Source of the DNA: Arsenicibacter sp.
GTDB taxonomy: Bacteria > Bacteroidota > Bacteroidia > Cytophagales > Spirosomataceae
Assembly: GCA_965247375.1 (NCBI GenBank)
Contig: CBDFHU010000025.1
Coordinates: 18,974-82,973 of the forward strand
Length of the DNA stretch: 64,000 nt
Direction of reading: 5' to 3'
The notes below the pieces were generated by a model. It searched no databases. It was not told the DNA's origin and saw only the letters and a program-made list of their open reading frames with translations. Positions 55,375 to 64,000 of this stretch are shown in pieces. Position 1 is the first letter of the stretch; the number at the start of each line of letters is the position of its first letter. Position numbers and translations under genes: made by a program.

Positions 55375-56076
55375 TCAGAATAAGAGAAAAACAGTTGGTT
55401 TTTTATGCAGGTCGGGAAGTTGCCCTTTCCAGTCTTTGATGGTTTTAGTTTTGATAAACGCATCCGGCGCCGTTACGTTGCAGGCCACACACAGGCGGCT
55501 GTCGCCGGCACACGCCGACAGGACATCGCCCAGCATCTGATTATTCCGGTAAGGCGTTTCCATAAAAATTTGGGTCTGCTGCTTCTGGCGGGCATCTTTT
55601 TCCAGCTGTTTCAGGGCCTTACTGCGTTCACCCCGGTCAATGGGCAGGTAGCCGTGAAAGACAAAGGATTGCCCGCTCATACCGGAAGCCATCAGCGCCA
55701 TCAGGATCGACGAGGGTCCCACGAGCGGAACAACTGTCCAGCCCAGTTGATGAGCCACCCGGACGGCAGCGGCGCCCGGGTCGGCGACACCGGGGCATCC
55801 GGCTTCCGACAGCACACCGGCGTCTTGTTTCCGGTCGGTCAGGACCTGCATGTTGCGGCGTACTTCAGTATCGGTCGTATCTTTATGTAAATCGAAAAAC
55901 GATAGTTCATCGATGACCTTACCGGTTTTGAGGCTACTGATAAAGCGGCGGGCTGTCCGGACATTTTCGACAAAGTAGGCATCGAGGGTACACATTACCT
56001 CTCGGATTTGGGGAGACAATACTGCGTCGGCGGTGTTTTCGGCCAGAACTGTAGGGATCAAATATAATGTAGGCAT
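55375..56076 (-). CDS. RsmI-like SAM-dependent (tetrapyrrole-methylase fold) methyltransferase
   Basis: LYLIPT, VENVRTARRF, LSEAGCPGVADPG, VGPSS, FHGYLP, ETPYRN. Confidence 0.85.
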   Translation of the reverse strand: MPTLYLIPTVLAENTADAVLSPQIREVMCTLDAYFVENVRTARRFISSLKTGKVIDELSFFDLHKDTTDTEVRRNMQVLTDRKQDAGVLSEAGCPGVADPGAAAVRVAHQLGWTVVPLVGPSSILMALMASGMSGQSFVFHGYLPIDRGERSKALKQLEKDARQKQQTQIFMETPYRNNQMLGDVLSACAGDSRLCVACNVTAPDAFIKTKTIKDWKGQLPDLHKKPTVFLLF

Positions 56077-56843
56077 CAGGCGATAAAGGCTAAAACGGCT
56101 TCAACAAACTCTGCCGGCTTTTCAGCCTGCACCCAGTGACCGGCACCGGCAATGGTCTGAACAATGGCATTCGGGAAAATCCGCTTAATCGTTTGTTCAT
56201 CTTCTTCTGTAATATAGGGCGATTCACTGCCCCGCATAAATAAGGTTGGTTCGGTAACCTGCCGGACCGCCTTCAGTTCTTCGCCGACACCGTGGATTTC
56301 CCGTTCGAGAACCGGTACGTTAATGCGCCAGTCAAATTTACCTTCGGCGTTGCGGTACAGGTTTTTCAGTAAAAACTGCCGCACCGCAGCGGACCGTTCG
56401 TACTCACTGAAAATGGCATCGGCTTCGTTCCGGTTGCTGAGGGTCTGTAGGGGTACCGCGTTGAAGCCCCGCAGAATTTCCCCGTGATGGACAGGGTAAA
56501 AGCGGGGGGCAATATCAACCACAATCAGTTTGCTGAAGGTGTCCGGATATGACATGGCGTATTGCATGACCGTTTTGCCACCCATCGAGTGTCCGATCAG
56601 TACCGGCTTATCCAGCTGATGATCCTGTATAAATTCATGGAGATCAGCCGCCATCATATCGTAGTCAAATTCATCACTACGCGGCGACTGACCATGATTC
56701 CGCTGATCAACCGAGAACACACGGAAGCCTTGGGCAGCAATGGCCTTGCTGATGGTAACATAGTTGTCAGATGAGCCGAAAATGCCGTGCAGAAATATCA
56801 CGGCCGACCCGGTATCGCCTGACTGACGAAAGAATAATTTCAT
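56076..56843 (-). CDS. Alpha/beta hydrolase (YbfF-like esterase)
   Basis: LHGIFGSSDN, DQRNHG, GHSMGGK, VDIAP, AGHWVQAE. ATG at 56843. Confidence 0.9.
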   Translation of the reverse strand: MKLFFRQSGDTGSAVIFLHGIFGSSDNYVTISKAIAAQGFRVFSVDQRNHGQSPRSDEFDYDMMAADLHEFIQDHQLDKPVLIGHSMGGKTVMQYAMSYPDTFSKLIVVDIAPRFYPVHHGEILRGFNAVPLQTLSNRNEADAIFSEYERSAAVRQFLLKNLYRNAEGKFDWRINVPVLEREIHGVGEELKAVRQVTEPTLFMRGSESPYITEEDEQTIKRIFPNAIVQTIAGAGHWVQAEKPAEFVEAVLAFIA

Positions 56844-56857
56844 AATCAAGGTATTTT

Positions 56858-57045
56858 GCCACGAAGGCGCCAGGAACCGGAGCAGCACGAAGAAAAAAAG
56901 AAAAACTTCGTGCTGCTTTATGTCTTCCCGCCTTTGTGGCATTCCATTGTAAAAAACTGTTTAGCCACGAAGACGCAAAGAACCGGAGCGGCATGAAGAA
57001 AAAAGAAAAACTTCGTGCCGCTTTATGTCTTCCCGCCTTTGTGGC
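56858..57045. repeat. Two tandem copies (83 and 82 bp, 106-bp period) of a nested-hairpin REP/MITE-like element
   Basis: GCCACGAAG...GC(A/G)GCA(C/T)GAAG-A-rich-CTTCGTGC(T/C)GC...CGCCTTTGTGGC at 56858-56940 and 56964-57045. Confidence 0.88.
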
Positions 57046-57055
57046 CCAAACTAAG

Positions 57056-58117
57056 CTAGTAAATGTAAACAGATTTATCCTTACGAAGGATGAACTCGCC
57101 GAATGACTGCAAAGTAAACCCATTTTGGGCAGCAACGTGTTCAAAGGCGGCACAAGAATCCGGTTCAACGGCAATCAGCAGGCCGCCGGACGTTTGCGGA
57201 TCAGCCAGGATAAACCGTTGTTCATCGGGTAAACCGGCAATTTTGTGCCCGTAGCTGTCCCAGTTGCGGTGCGTCCCGCCGGGAATACTTTTCTGCGCCA
57301 GGTAAACATCAAGGACCGGCAGTTTAGGGACGGCATCAAACGTGATGTTCGCGCTCAGACCGCTGCCATCAGCCATTTCCACCAAATGACCAAGTAAGCC
57401 GAAACCGGTCACGTCGGTAAGGGCTTTCACGTAGGGTAGTTTGCCCACTACGGCTCCGAATTTATTCAGCTGCGCCATCTGGGCAGGGGCCAGCTGCGCG
57501 TGTTCCGGTGCCAGAATCCCTTTTTTCTGAGCCGTTGTCAGAATGCCGACGCCGAGTGGTTTGGTCAGGTAGAGCCGGCAGCCGGCGGTGGCGGTGTTGT
57601 TTTGTTTCAGGTGCTCTGTACGGACCTTGCCGGTTACGGCCAGCCCGAAAATCGGTTCGGGTGAGTCGATGCTGTGGCCGCCCGCCAGCGGAATGCCGGC
57701 TTCCGCACAGATGGCCCGGCTACCGGCCAGCACCTCTCCGGCTACTTCCGGCGGCAGCTTATCCAGCGGCCAACCCAGAATGGCAATTGCCATCAGCGGT
57801 TCGCCGCCCATAGCATATACATCGCTGATGGCGTTGGCAGAGGCAATCCGGCCAAAATCAAAGGCATCATCCACAATCGGCATAAAAAAGTCGGTGGTGC
57901 TGATGATAGCGTCTCCGTTGCCGAGGTCCATCACCGCCGCATCATCGCGGGAGTCATTTCCGACCAGCAGCCGGTGGGCGAGGGGAGAGGCAGCCGGCGG
58001 GCTGATAGTTGTTTGATTGTGATGCAGAATCCGGTCCAGAATGTTCGGCGCGATTTTGCAGCCGCAGCCAGCCCCGTGGCTGTATTGCGTAAGTTTTATA
58101 GTGTCAACGGGTGTCAT
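57056..58117 (-). CDS. selD: Selenide, water dikinase (Cys-type)
   Basis: [66 protein letters not shown]. Confidence 0.95.
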   Translation of the reverse strand: MTPVDTIKLTQYSHGAGCGCKIAPNILDRILHHNQTTISPPAASPLAHRLLVGNDSRDDAAVMDLGNGDAIISTTDFFMPIVDDAFDFGRIASANAISDVYAMGGEPLMAIAILGWPLDKLPPEVAGEVLAGSRAICAEAGIPLAGGHSIDSPEPIFGLAVTGKVRTEHLKQNNTATAGCRLYLTKPLGVGILTTAQKKGILAPEHAQLAPAQMAQLNKFGAVVGKLPYVKALTDVTGFGLLGHLVEMADGSGLSANITFDAVPKLPVLDVYLAQKSIPGGTHRNWDSYGHKIAGLPDEQRFILADPQTSGGLLIAVEPDSCAAFEHVAAQNGFTLQSFGEFILRKDKSVYIY

Positions 58118-58549
58118 TTCTCAACTATTTATCGGTGAAGAAACACCGGAACGATACGTTTTGATAGTAAATCAATAAAAAACAGGGCAAATTACACAAC
58201 TCCGCTTAAAGGCTTATTTTGTATAATTTTAAGTTTGCCGGATTTCCGCTAATGATGTTGTGAAAAAATCAGGCAAATAATCAATCAAAAAACAGCGAAA
58301 TAAGTATCATATCGGGCAAAGCAAAAAATGAAGGGCCCTTCCTTCATAATTATTTAACCGTTAAGGTTTGAACAATGTGAATATAAAAGTATACTTTTTC
58401 TATAAAAGCTCATTCCCAGATCACTTAAACTGGATTTCTCGAAGAAGAGCGTTGCTCATTAGTATATTTTATTGTTTTTTTGAGGAAGTTTTCGGGCAGC
58501 CCATTGTTGTCTGATGTCTTTCATCATCTTAATCAAACAACCCAAGTTT

Positions 58550-61500
58550 ATGCATTTTAAACTTGTACAAAAAACAAGGACGGCTTTTAAACTTTTCGGA
58601 GTTTTGGCCGTATTTTTTTTGGGGCTAATCAATGCACAGGCCCAGGTTACTACCTCTCAGATCAACGGTGCCGTTGTTGACGACAAAGGAGAAGCCCTGC
58701 CAGGTGCCACAGTATTAGCCATTCACTTACCATCGGGTAGCCGCTATGGTACAACCACGAATGCTGCCGGCCGGTATACCATTCCGGGTGTACGTATCGG
58801 TGGTCCTTACAAAGTATCAGTAACCTTCGTTGGTTATCAGGAACAAACACGGGATGGTATCACAGCCAACCTTGGTTCTGCGGCTAACGTCGATTTCAAA
58901 CTGGCAAACGCCAGCACACAGCTGTCAGAAGTAACGGTTTCGGGTACGCGCAGTGATGTGTTCAGCTCTGACCGTACGGGTGCTGCGGCAACGTTCGGTC
59001 GTGAAACGATCAACAACCTGCCGACAATCGGTCGTACCATCAACGACATTACCAAGTACAACGCGTACGGTAACGGTCGTTCATTCGCTGGTCAGGACAG
59101 CCGTTTCAACAACTTCACCATTGACGGTTCGGTATTCAACAACGGTTTCGGTCTGGGTTCATCGGCTCAGGCAGGTGGCCGTACGGGTACTACAGCCGTT
59201 TCGCTTGACGCGATCGACGAAGTTCAGCTGAACGTAGCGCCTTACGACGTTCGTCAGTCAGGTTTCGCCGGTGCCGGTATCAACGCCGTAACCCGTTCAG
59301 GAACAAACGAATTCTCGGGCTCTGCCTATCACCTGTTCCGTACGAGTAAAGACTCGTTCCGGATGGTGGGTAAAAAAGCTGATGGCCGCGATATCCCGCC
59401 GGTTAACATCAATGAGAAAACAACCGGTTTCCGCGTAGGTGGCCCGCTGATCAAAAACAAACTGTTCTTTTTCGTTAACTACGAGCAGTTTACCAGCAGC
59501 ACGCCTGCTCTTGACTGGCAGGTTAACCGTGGTCAGACATCAGGTAACATTTCGCGGGTAACGCAGGCCGATGTAGATGATATCACGAACTTTATGCGTA
59601 CGAACTTCGGTCGTGAGCTGGGTCCGTTCGATAACTTCAACAACGAAGTAACCAGCAAGAAAGGGCTTGTTCGTTTAGATTACAACATCAACGACAACCA
59701 CAAGCTGACCGTACGGTACTCGCACCACAACTCACAGTCAGGTGTTCCGATCAGTAACAGTAACAGTAGCAACACAGCGGGTAACGGTAACCGTACCAAC
59801 TCATCGCTGGCCCTGTCACCACAAAGCACTGGCTACCTGATCGCTGACAATACACGCTCAATCGCTGCCGAATTAAACTCGAACTTCAAAGGTAAGTGGG
59901 CGAACCAGTTAGTAGCTACCTACAACAAGCAGATTGAAGACCGTCAGTATCTGACAGATCTGTTCCCGTCGATTGACATCCTGCAGGGCGGCTCTACGTA
60001 TATGTCACTTGGTTTCGATCCGTTCACGCCTAGTAACAAGCTAAACTATTCGACGCTGAACCTGACAAATAACCTGAGCTATTTTGCCGGTAAGCACACT
60101 CTGACCTTGGGTCTGGGCTACGAAAACTTCGTATCGAACAACCTGTTCTTCCCTGCATCAAACGGTGTGTACGTGTATAACTCACTGGCCGAGTTTAAAA
60201 CAGCAGCATTAGCGTATAAAAATAACCCGACTGCTACAACCTCGCCCGTAACGGTTAACCGCTACAACCTTCGTTACTCATTGCTGGACGGCGGTGCAGA
60301 ACCTTGGCAGCAACTGCAGTCAAACACATACAGTGCTTATATTCAGGATGAATTTCAGGCAACACCTAACCTGAAACTGACACTGGGTCTGCGTGGTGAT
60401 ATCTTTGCCTATGATCAGTCACTGGCAGAAGATTTTAACAACCCTGTCGTTGCACGGATGACTTTCAAGGATGAAGACAAGCTTGACTATAAGGTAAGTA
60501 CGGGTGCGTTCCCTAAAAACCGTTTGTTGCTGTCACCACGTCTGGGCATCAACTGGGATGTAACCGGTGATAAGAAAACGCAGGTGCGTGGAGGTACGGG
60601 TATTTTCGTGTCGCGTATTCCACAGGTACTGGTATCGAACCAGCTGGGTAACAACGGTGTAAATACGGCCGTTATTAACCTGCAGAATACGACAACCGTT
60701 CCATTTGTACTAAGCCCGAGCGAATTGCCGGCAGCACTGCGTCCGGATCCGTCAAAGGTGAATATTGAAAACATTTCAGGTTATGCGGTGAATGCAACAG
60801 ATCAGAATCTGAAGTATCCGTCGATCTGGAAAACAAATATTGCGGTTGATCAGAAGTTACCATGGGGATTGATTGGTACTGCCGAGTTTATTTATAATAA
60901 AACAATCAATGGTCTGCGGTATATTGATGCCAACCTGAAGGCTCCGGATCGTACGCTGTCAGGAGCTGATACACGGGACCGCTTCCCGACTTCACGATTT
61001 ATCAATACGCAGGTATCGAATGTGTTTGTACTGAAAAATACGAATGTTGGGTATGCCTACACCGCAACAGCTAAGTTAGAAAAACCCGCTTCTAATGGTT
61101 TCGGTGGAATGTTAGCCTATACGTATGGCTATGCACGTGACATGCAGTCAGTTGGTAGTACCGTACAGGCAAATATGCCGACAATCTATGGTCAGAACTA
61201 CCTGACAGAGTCATTCAGCGATAATGATCAGCGTCACCGGATCATTGGTTATCTGAACTACCGCCTGAACTACGGTGGTAAATTCGGTGGCTCGACAATG
61301 TTTACACTGGGTCTGACCTCACAAAGTGGCGGTAAACTTTCTTATGTATACGGTAACGACGTGAATGGTGATGGACAGACGGCAAATGACTTGATCTATG
61401 TGCCAAACAAAGGTTCAGATCTGACATTTACGCAGTTTACAACAGGTTCGGGTGCAACACTGCAGACATTCACAAATGAGCAACAGCAGGCGGCATTTGA

Positions 61501-61909
61501 GCAGTACATTGAAAACAACCCGTACCTGAAAACACGCCGTGGTCAGTATGCTGAGCGTAACGGTGGTTATTTCCCATGGCTGACTCGCGCTGACCTGACA
61601 ATTACACAGGAGTTCTACGTACGTGTTGGCAAAGAAGGCAAAAAGAACACGATCCAGCTGCGGGCTGATGTACTGAACTTCGGTAACTTGCTGAACAACA
61701 AGTGGGGTGTAGGTTACCTGACAACAGCGTCTAACCCGTTAACGACAACCGTGAGTTCAACAGGTACAGTTACATACCGTCTGAATACGCAGGTTATCAC
61801 AGAGAATAATGCGAACAAAACAATCCTGTTGCGTGACTCATTCGTGAAGAACGTGTCAATCGACAATGTATGGCAAGCACAGATCGGTCTGCGTTATATC
61901 TTTAACTAA
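58550..61909 (+). CDS. TonB-dependent outer-membrane transporter (Oar-like, N-terminal carboxypeptidase-regulatory-like domain)
   Basis: Signal peptide, [60 protein letters not shown]-terminal GLRYIF. Confidence 0.92.
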   Translation: MHFKLVQKTRTAFKLFGVLAVFFLGLINAQAQVTTSQINGAVVDDKGEALPGATVLAIHLPSGSRYGTTTNAAGRYTIPGVRIGGPYKVSVTFVGYQEQTRDGITANLGSAANVDFKLANASTQLSEVTVSGTRSDVFSSDRTGAAATFGRETINNLPTIGRTINDITKYNAYGNGRSFAGQDSRFNNFTIDGSVFNNGFGLGSSAQAGGRTGTTAVSLDAIDEVQLNVAPYDVRQSGFAGAGINAVTRSGTNEFSGSAYHLFRTSKDSFRMVGKKADGRDIPPVNINEKTTGFRVGGPLIKNKLFFFVNYEQFTSSTPALDWQVNRGQTSGNISRVTQADVDDITNFMRTNFGRELGPFDNFNNEVTSKKGLVRLDYNINDNHKLTVRYSHHNSQSGVPISNSNSSNTAGNGNRTNSSLALSPQSTGYLIADNTRSIAAELNSNFKGKWANQLVATYNKQIEDRQYLTDLFPSIDILQGGSTYMSLGFDPFTPSNKLNYSTLNLTNNLSYFAGKHTLTLGLGYENFVSNNLFFPASNGVYVYNSLAEFKTAALAYKNNPTATTSPVTVNRYNLRYSLLDGGAEPWQQLQSNTYSAYIQDEFQATPNLKLTLGLRGDIFAYDQSLAEDFNNPVVARMTFKDEDKLDYKVSTGAFPKNRLLLSPRLGINWDVTGDKKTQVRGGTGIFVSRIPQVLVSNQLGNNGVNTAVINLQNTTTVPFVLSPSELPAALRPDPSKVNIENISGYAVNATDQNLKYPSIWKTNIAVDQKLPWGLIGTAEFIYNKTINGLRYIDANLKAPDRTLSGADTRDRFPTSRFINTQVSNVFVLKNTNVGYAYTATAKLEKPASNGFGGMLAYTYGYARDMQSVGSTVQANMPTIYGQNYLTESFSDNDQRHRIIGYLNYRLNYGGKFGGSTMFTLGLTSQSGGKLSYVYGNDVNGDGQTANDLIYVPNKGSDLTFTQFTTGSGATLQTFTNEQQQAAFEQYIENNPYLKTRRGQYAERNGGYFPWLTRADLTITQEFYVRVGKEGKKNTIQLRADVLNFGNLLNNKWGVGYLTTASNPLTTTVSSTGTVTYRLNTQVITENNANKTILLRDSFVKNVSIDNVWQAQIGLRYIFN

Positions 61910-61930
61910 GCCGGTTTTACTCCATAACAG

Positions 61931-61962
61931 AGCCCCCGCCCCAAAGCGGGGGTTTTTGTTTT
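61931..61962 (+). terminator. Intrinsic terminator
   Basis: AGCCCCCGC-CCCAAA-GCGGGGGTT-TTTGTTTT. Confidence 0.8.
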
Positions 61963-61978
61963 ACACAGAAGCAACTGT

Positions 61979-62842
61979 ATGAAAAAACTCATTATTACCT
62001 TATTGGGTTGCTGGCTGGCAGGGAGCGTATCGGCTCAGCAAAACCGCTTCCGGACGAATGCTGCCATCAACGCCTTTCTGATGCCTGAGCAGCGGGCAAA
62101 ACCGTTGATTCTGGCTCATCGGGGCGGACCGGAAGCCGGTGATACCGAAAACAGCCTGGAAACGTTCCGGAAAGCGATCAGCACAGTGCCGGCGGCCATT
62201 CTGGAAATGGATGTCCGGATGACAGTAGACAGCGTCCTGACCTTGTTACATGATGACGAACTGGAACGGACCACCACCGGTACCGGATCACTGAAGAGAA
62301 AGACGTGGCATGAGCTTTCACAACTGAATCTGCGGGATTTAACCGGTAAACCAACGGTTCAGCGGATGCCTCTGTTTGAAGACGTACTGGCGTGGAACCA
62401 AAACAGAGCGGTGCTGGCGCTGGACATTAAACCCGGCGTTGATCTGAAGAAGGCGCTGGCGCTGGTGGCGCGCCATAAGGCTTTAACCAGTGTGTTTGTG
62501 ATCTGTTATACCATAGAAAGTGCAGTAACGCTCCGGAAGACCTGGCCGGACTTGTGGCTTGCCCTGGGGGTAAAAACAGCAGATGATTTGGCGACGTTTA
62601 AACAGGCTGGTTTAGCCCTGCATCATCTGATTGCGCTGACGCCTCCGCAGCTACAACCCAAAGCCTTTTATGATGCCATGCATCAGGCTGGTATCCCGTG
62701 TTCAGTCGGGACGTATGGCAAGAATAATGTTGATGAGATGCCGATGGAAAAGGCGGCCGGGGAGTATAAACGCATTGCGGAACAGGGCGGTGATATTCTG
62801 ACAACCGACCGCCCTGCTGCCGTTGACCGGTTATTTCGGTAG
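61979..62842 (+). CDS. Secreted glycerophosphodiester phosphodiesterase family protein
   Basis: Signal peptide, LAHRGG, ENSL, LEMDVR, LHDDELERTT, ILTTDRP. Confidence 0.9.
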   Translation: MKKLIITLLGCWLAGSVSAQQNRFRTNAAINAFLMPEQRAKPLILAHRGGPEAGDTENSLETFRKAISTVPAAILEMDVRMTVDSVLTLLHDDELERTTTGTGSLKRKTWHELSQLNLRDLTGKPTVQRMPLFEDVLAWNQNRAVLALDIKPGVDLKKALALVARHKALTSVFVICYTIESAVTLRKTWPDLWLALGVKTADDLATFKQAGLALHHLIALTPPQLQPKAFYDAMHQAGIPCSVGTYGKNNVDEMPMEKAAGEYKRIAEQGGDILTTDRPAAVDRLFR

Positions 62843-63889
62843 GTCCATTTCCTTGCCTTCAGCTGCCCGGTTCAGCCGTAACTGTTTAAAGGTTTCGGTG
62901 GCCGTTTGATAGCCAAGGACCATCAACCGGCCGATGTCCTCTGAATCGAAGCGCTGGAGGTCGAGGTGGAGCGGTTCATGGGGGCGGATAATCGTCAGGC
63001 TGAAATCCCGTTGCCGCAGTTTCTCACGCTCGGCAAACCGCTCGGCCCAGGCAATGTCGTTGTTGACCAGTTGATTAACGGTAATGTCCTTAACGCGGTC
63101 AATCAGATTCAGCAGGTTACGGTAATTGAACTTTTCGGTAAAGATTTTCTTCGCATGACAGGCCACGCACATGATGTCGGTAAGGCCGTCTTCGATGGCT
63201 ACCCGCAAGGGAGCTACTTCACGCAGGCCACCGTCGAGAAACGCTTTGCGGTGGTCGCCGCCGATCTGGGTGGCCGGCATAATAAACGGCAGCGAACTGC
63301 TGGCGACAACATAATCCAGAAAGTGATCATCCTGCGGACTAGCGTAAACCATATCGCCTTCGATAATATCAACCGCTCCGACCTTCAGCTTAATGGGTGA
63401 TCGTTTCAGCCGTTCTGCGTCGAGGTGGGAGGTGACCAGGTGACGTAAGGGTTGATTGTCTAAAAGCCCGTCAAACCGGCTGAAAAGCGTATTGTAGCCC
63501 ATCATAAACTTCGATCGCTCCTCCGCAATGGCATAGGGACCGGTAATGTTCCGGATCCAGAATTCCAGCAGAGCCCTTCCGGCTTTCGGCCAGTCGATGG
63601 CACCGTTTTCCTCGAACTGACGGGTTGCTTCGTGGGTCAGGAAGGTAGCATTGAGACTGCCCACCGAAATGCCGTAAATGGCATCCGGTTCAAAACCTGA
63701 TTCCAGAATGGCCATGATGGCACCGGTCTGGAAAGCACCTTTCAGCGAGCCGCCACCCAGTACCAACGCTCTGTTTTCGGGGGAGTTATGCTGAATATGC
63801 GACCGGTGGGGCACCGGCGGGTTGGGATTATCGATCATAGGGTTGCGAAAGTCAGTCCGGTAATTTGCCGGATTTTGGGCAATAATCAA
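62831..63889 (-). CDS. Patatin-like phospholipase
   Basis: LVLGGGSLKGAF, GISVG, FLDGG. Start uncertain. Confidence 0.88.
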   Translation of the reverse strand: MIIAQNPANYRTDFRNPMIDNPNPPVPHRSHIQHNSPENRALVLGGGSLKGAFQTGAIMAILESGFEPDAIYGISVGSLNATFLTHEATRQFEENGAIDWPKAGRALLEFWIRNITGPYAIAEERSKFMMGYNTLFSRFDGLLDNQPLRHLVTSHLDAERLKRSPIKLKVGAVDIIEGDMVYASPQDDHFLDYVVASSSLPFIMPATQIGGDHRKAFLDGGLREVAPLRVAIEDGLTDIMCVACHAKKIFTEKFNYRNLLNLIDRVKDITVNQLVNNDIAWAERFAEREKLRQRDFSLTIIRPHEPLHLDLQRFDSEDIGRLMVLGYQTATETFKQLRLNRAAEGKEMDLPK

Positions 63890-63925
63890 ATTTTTGGTGG
63901 TATACTTGCCGGAAAATTACCGGAA

Positions 63926-64000
63926 ATGCCACTATCTGTTGCCGACATACAAGCCCCGATCGAACATGAAATGCGCGAGTTTGAGCGCAAATTCAGGGAC
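63926..64000 (+). CDS. Polyprenyl diphosphate synthase (IspB-like), 5' fragment
   Basis: MPLSVADIQAPIEHEMREFERKFRD resembles Bacteroidota polyprenyl synthetase N-termini. Only 25 codons visible. Confidence 0.5.
   Translation, partial: MPLSVADIQAPIEHEMREFERKFRD

Noticed and set aside
56858-57045. Tandem repeats as a CRISPR array
   Set aside because: Only two units of about 83 bp with a 23-nt gap and no cas genes. The other periodic repeats are inverted, not spacer-separated.
56858-57117. Hairpins after selD as SECIS elements, or SelD as a selenoprotein
   Set aside because: SelD has TGC Cys codons and no in-frame UGA. Bacterial SECIS elements lie just after a UGA within the CDS.
58120-58549. 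Riboswitch or Fur/Pho box in the long AT-rich region upstream of the TonB receptor
   Set aside because: I could not recognise cobalamin/TPP riboswitch cores or a convincing Fur palindrome. An Rfam scan would be needed.
244-63400. Many 60-225 aa ORFs overlapping assigned genes (e.g. 5397-5651, 15334-15891, 25386-25880, 43758-44444, 50140-50817, 53012-53578)
   Set aside because: Antisense or out-of-frame shadows of well-supported CDSs, with no recognisable motifs or independent expression signals.
62831-63889. Patatin as a CBASS/CapV effector
   Set aside because: No CD-NTase or Cap genes are adjacent, and the neighbours are housekeeping genes.

Overview
Chromosomal window from a Bacteroidota genome, probably Cytophagales/Spirosomataceae-like. 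This is inferred from TAnnTTTG promoters, T9SS C-terminal domains, PorX and a Bacteroidota-type ParE. It holds about 55 mostly housekeeping CDSs. The left third is a dispersed surface-polysaccharide locus (SLBB exporter, formyltransferase plus deacetylase, two GT2s, WcaF-like acetyltransferase, WecA-like transferase) interleaved with two T9SS cargo proteins. The rest is central metabolism, envelope, regulation and transport, plus the SRP RNA gene. I found no rRNA, tRNA, CRISPR array, transposase, integrase or prophage. The main second-look items are: (1) a 1784-aa T9SS protein whose DNase-I-like (EEP) domain has lost most catalytic residues, a candidate eDNA-binding adhesin; (2) other apparent pseudo-enzymes (HNH/NUMOD4, RlpA-like DPBB, HMA, IscA); (3) several intergenic inverted repeats built from 7-9 bp tandem units, one supplying the pssA stop codon, plus a tandem pair showing covariation downstream of selD; (4) a Fur-box-controlled DUF6686/HMA-like pair; (5) a one-base frameshift in an IscA/HesB-like gene; (6) a candidate sRNA; (7) a codon-usage mosaic inside the TonB-dependent receptor. 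All family assignments come from motif recognition by eye, with no database searches. Where a start differs from the ORF track, I chose the more plausible ATG.
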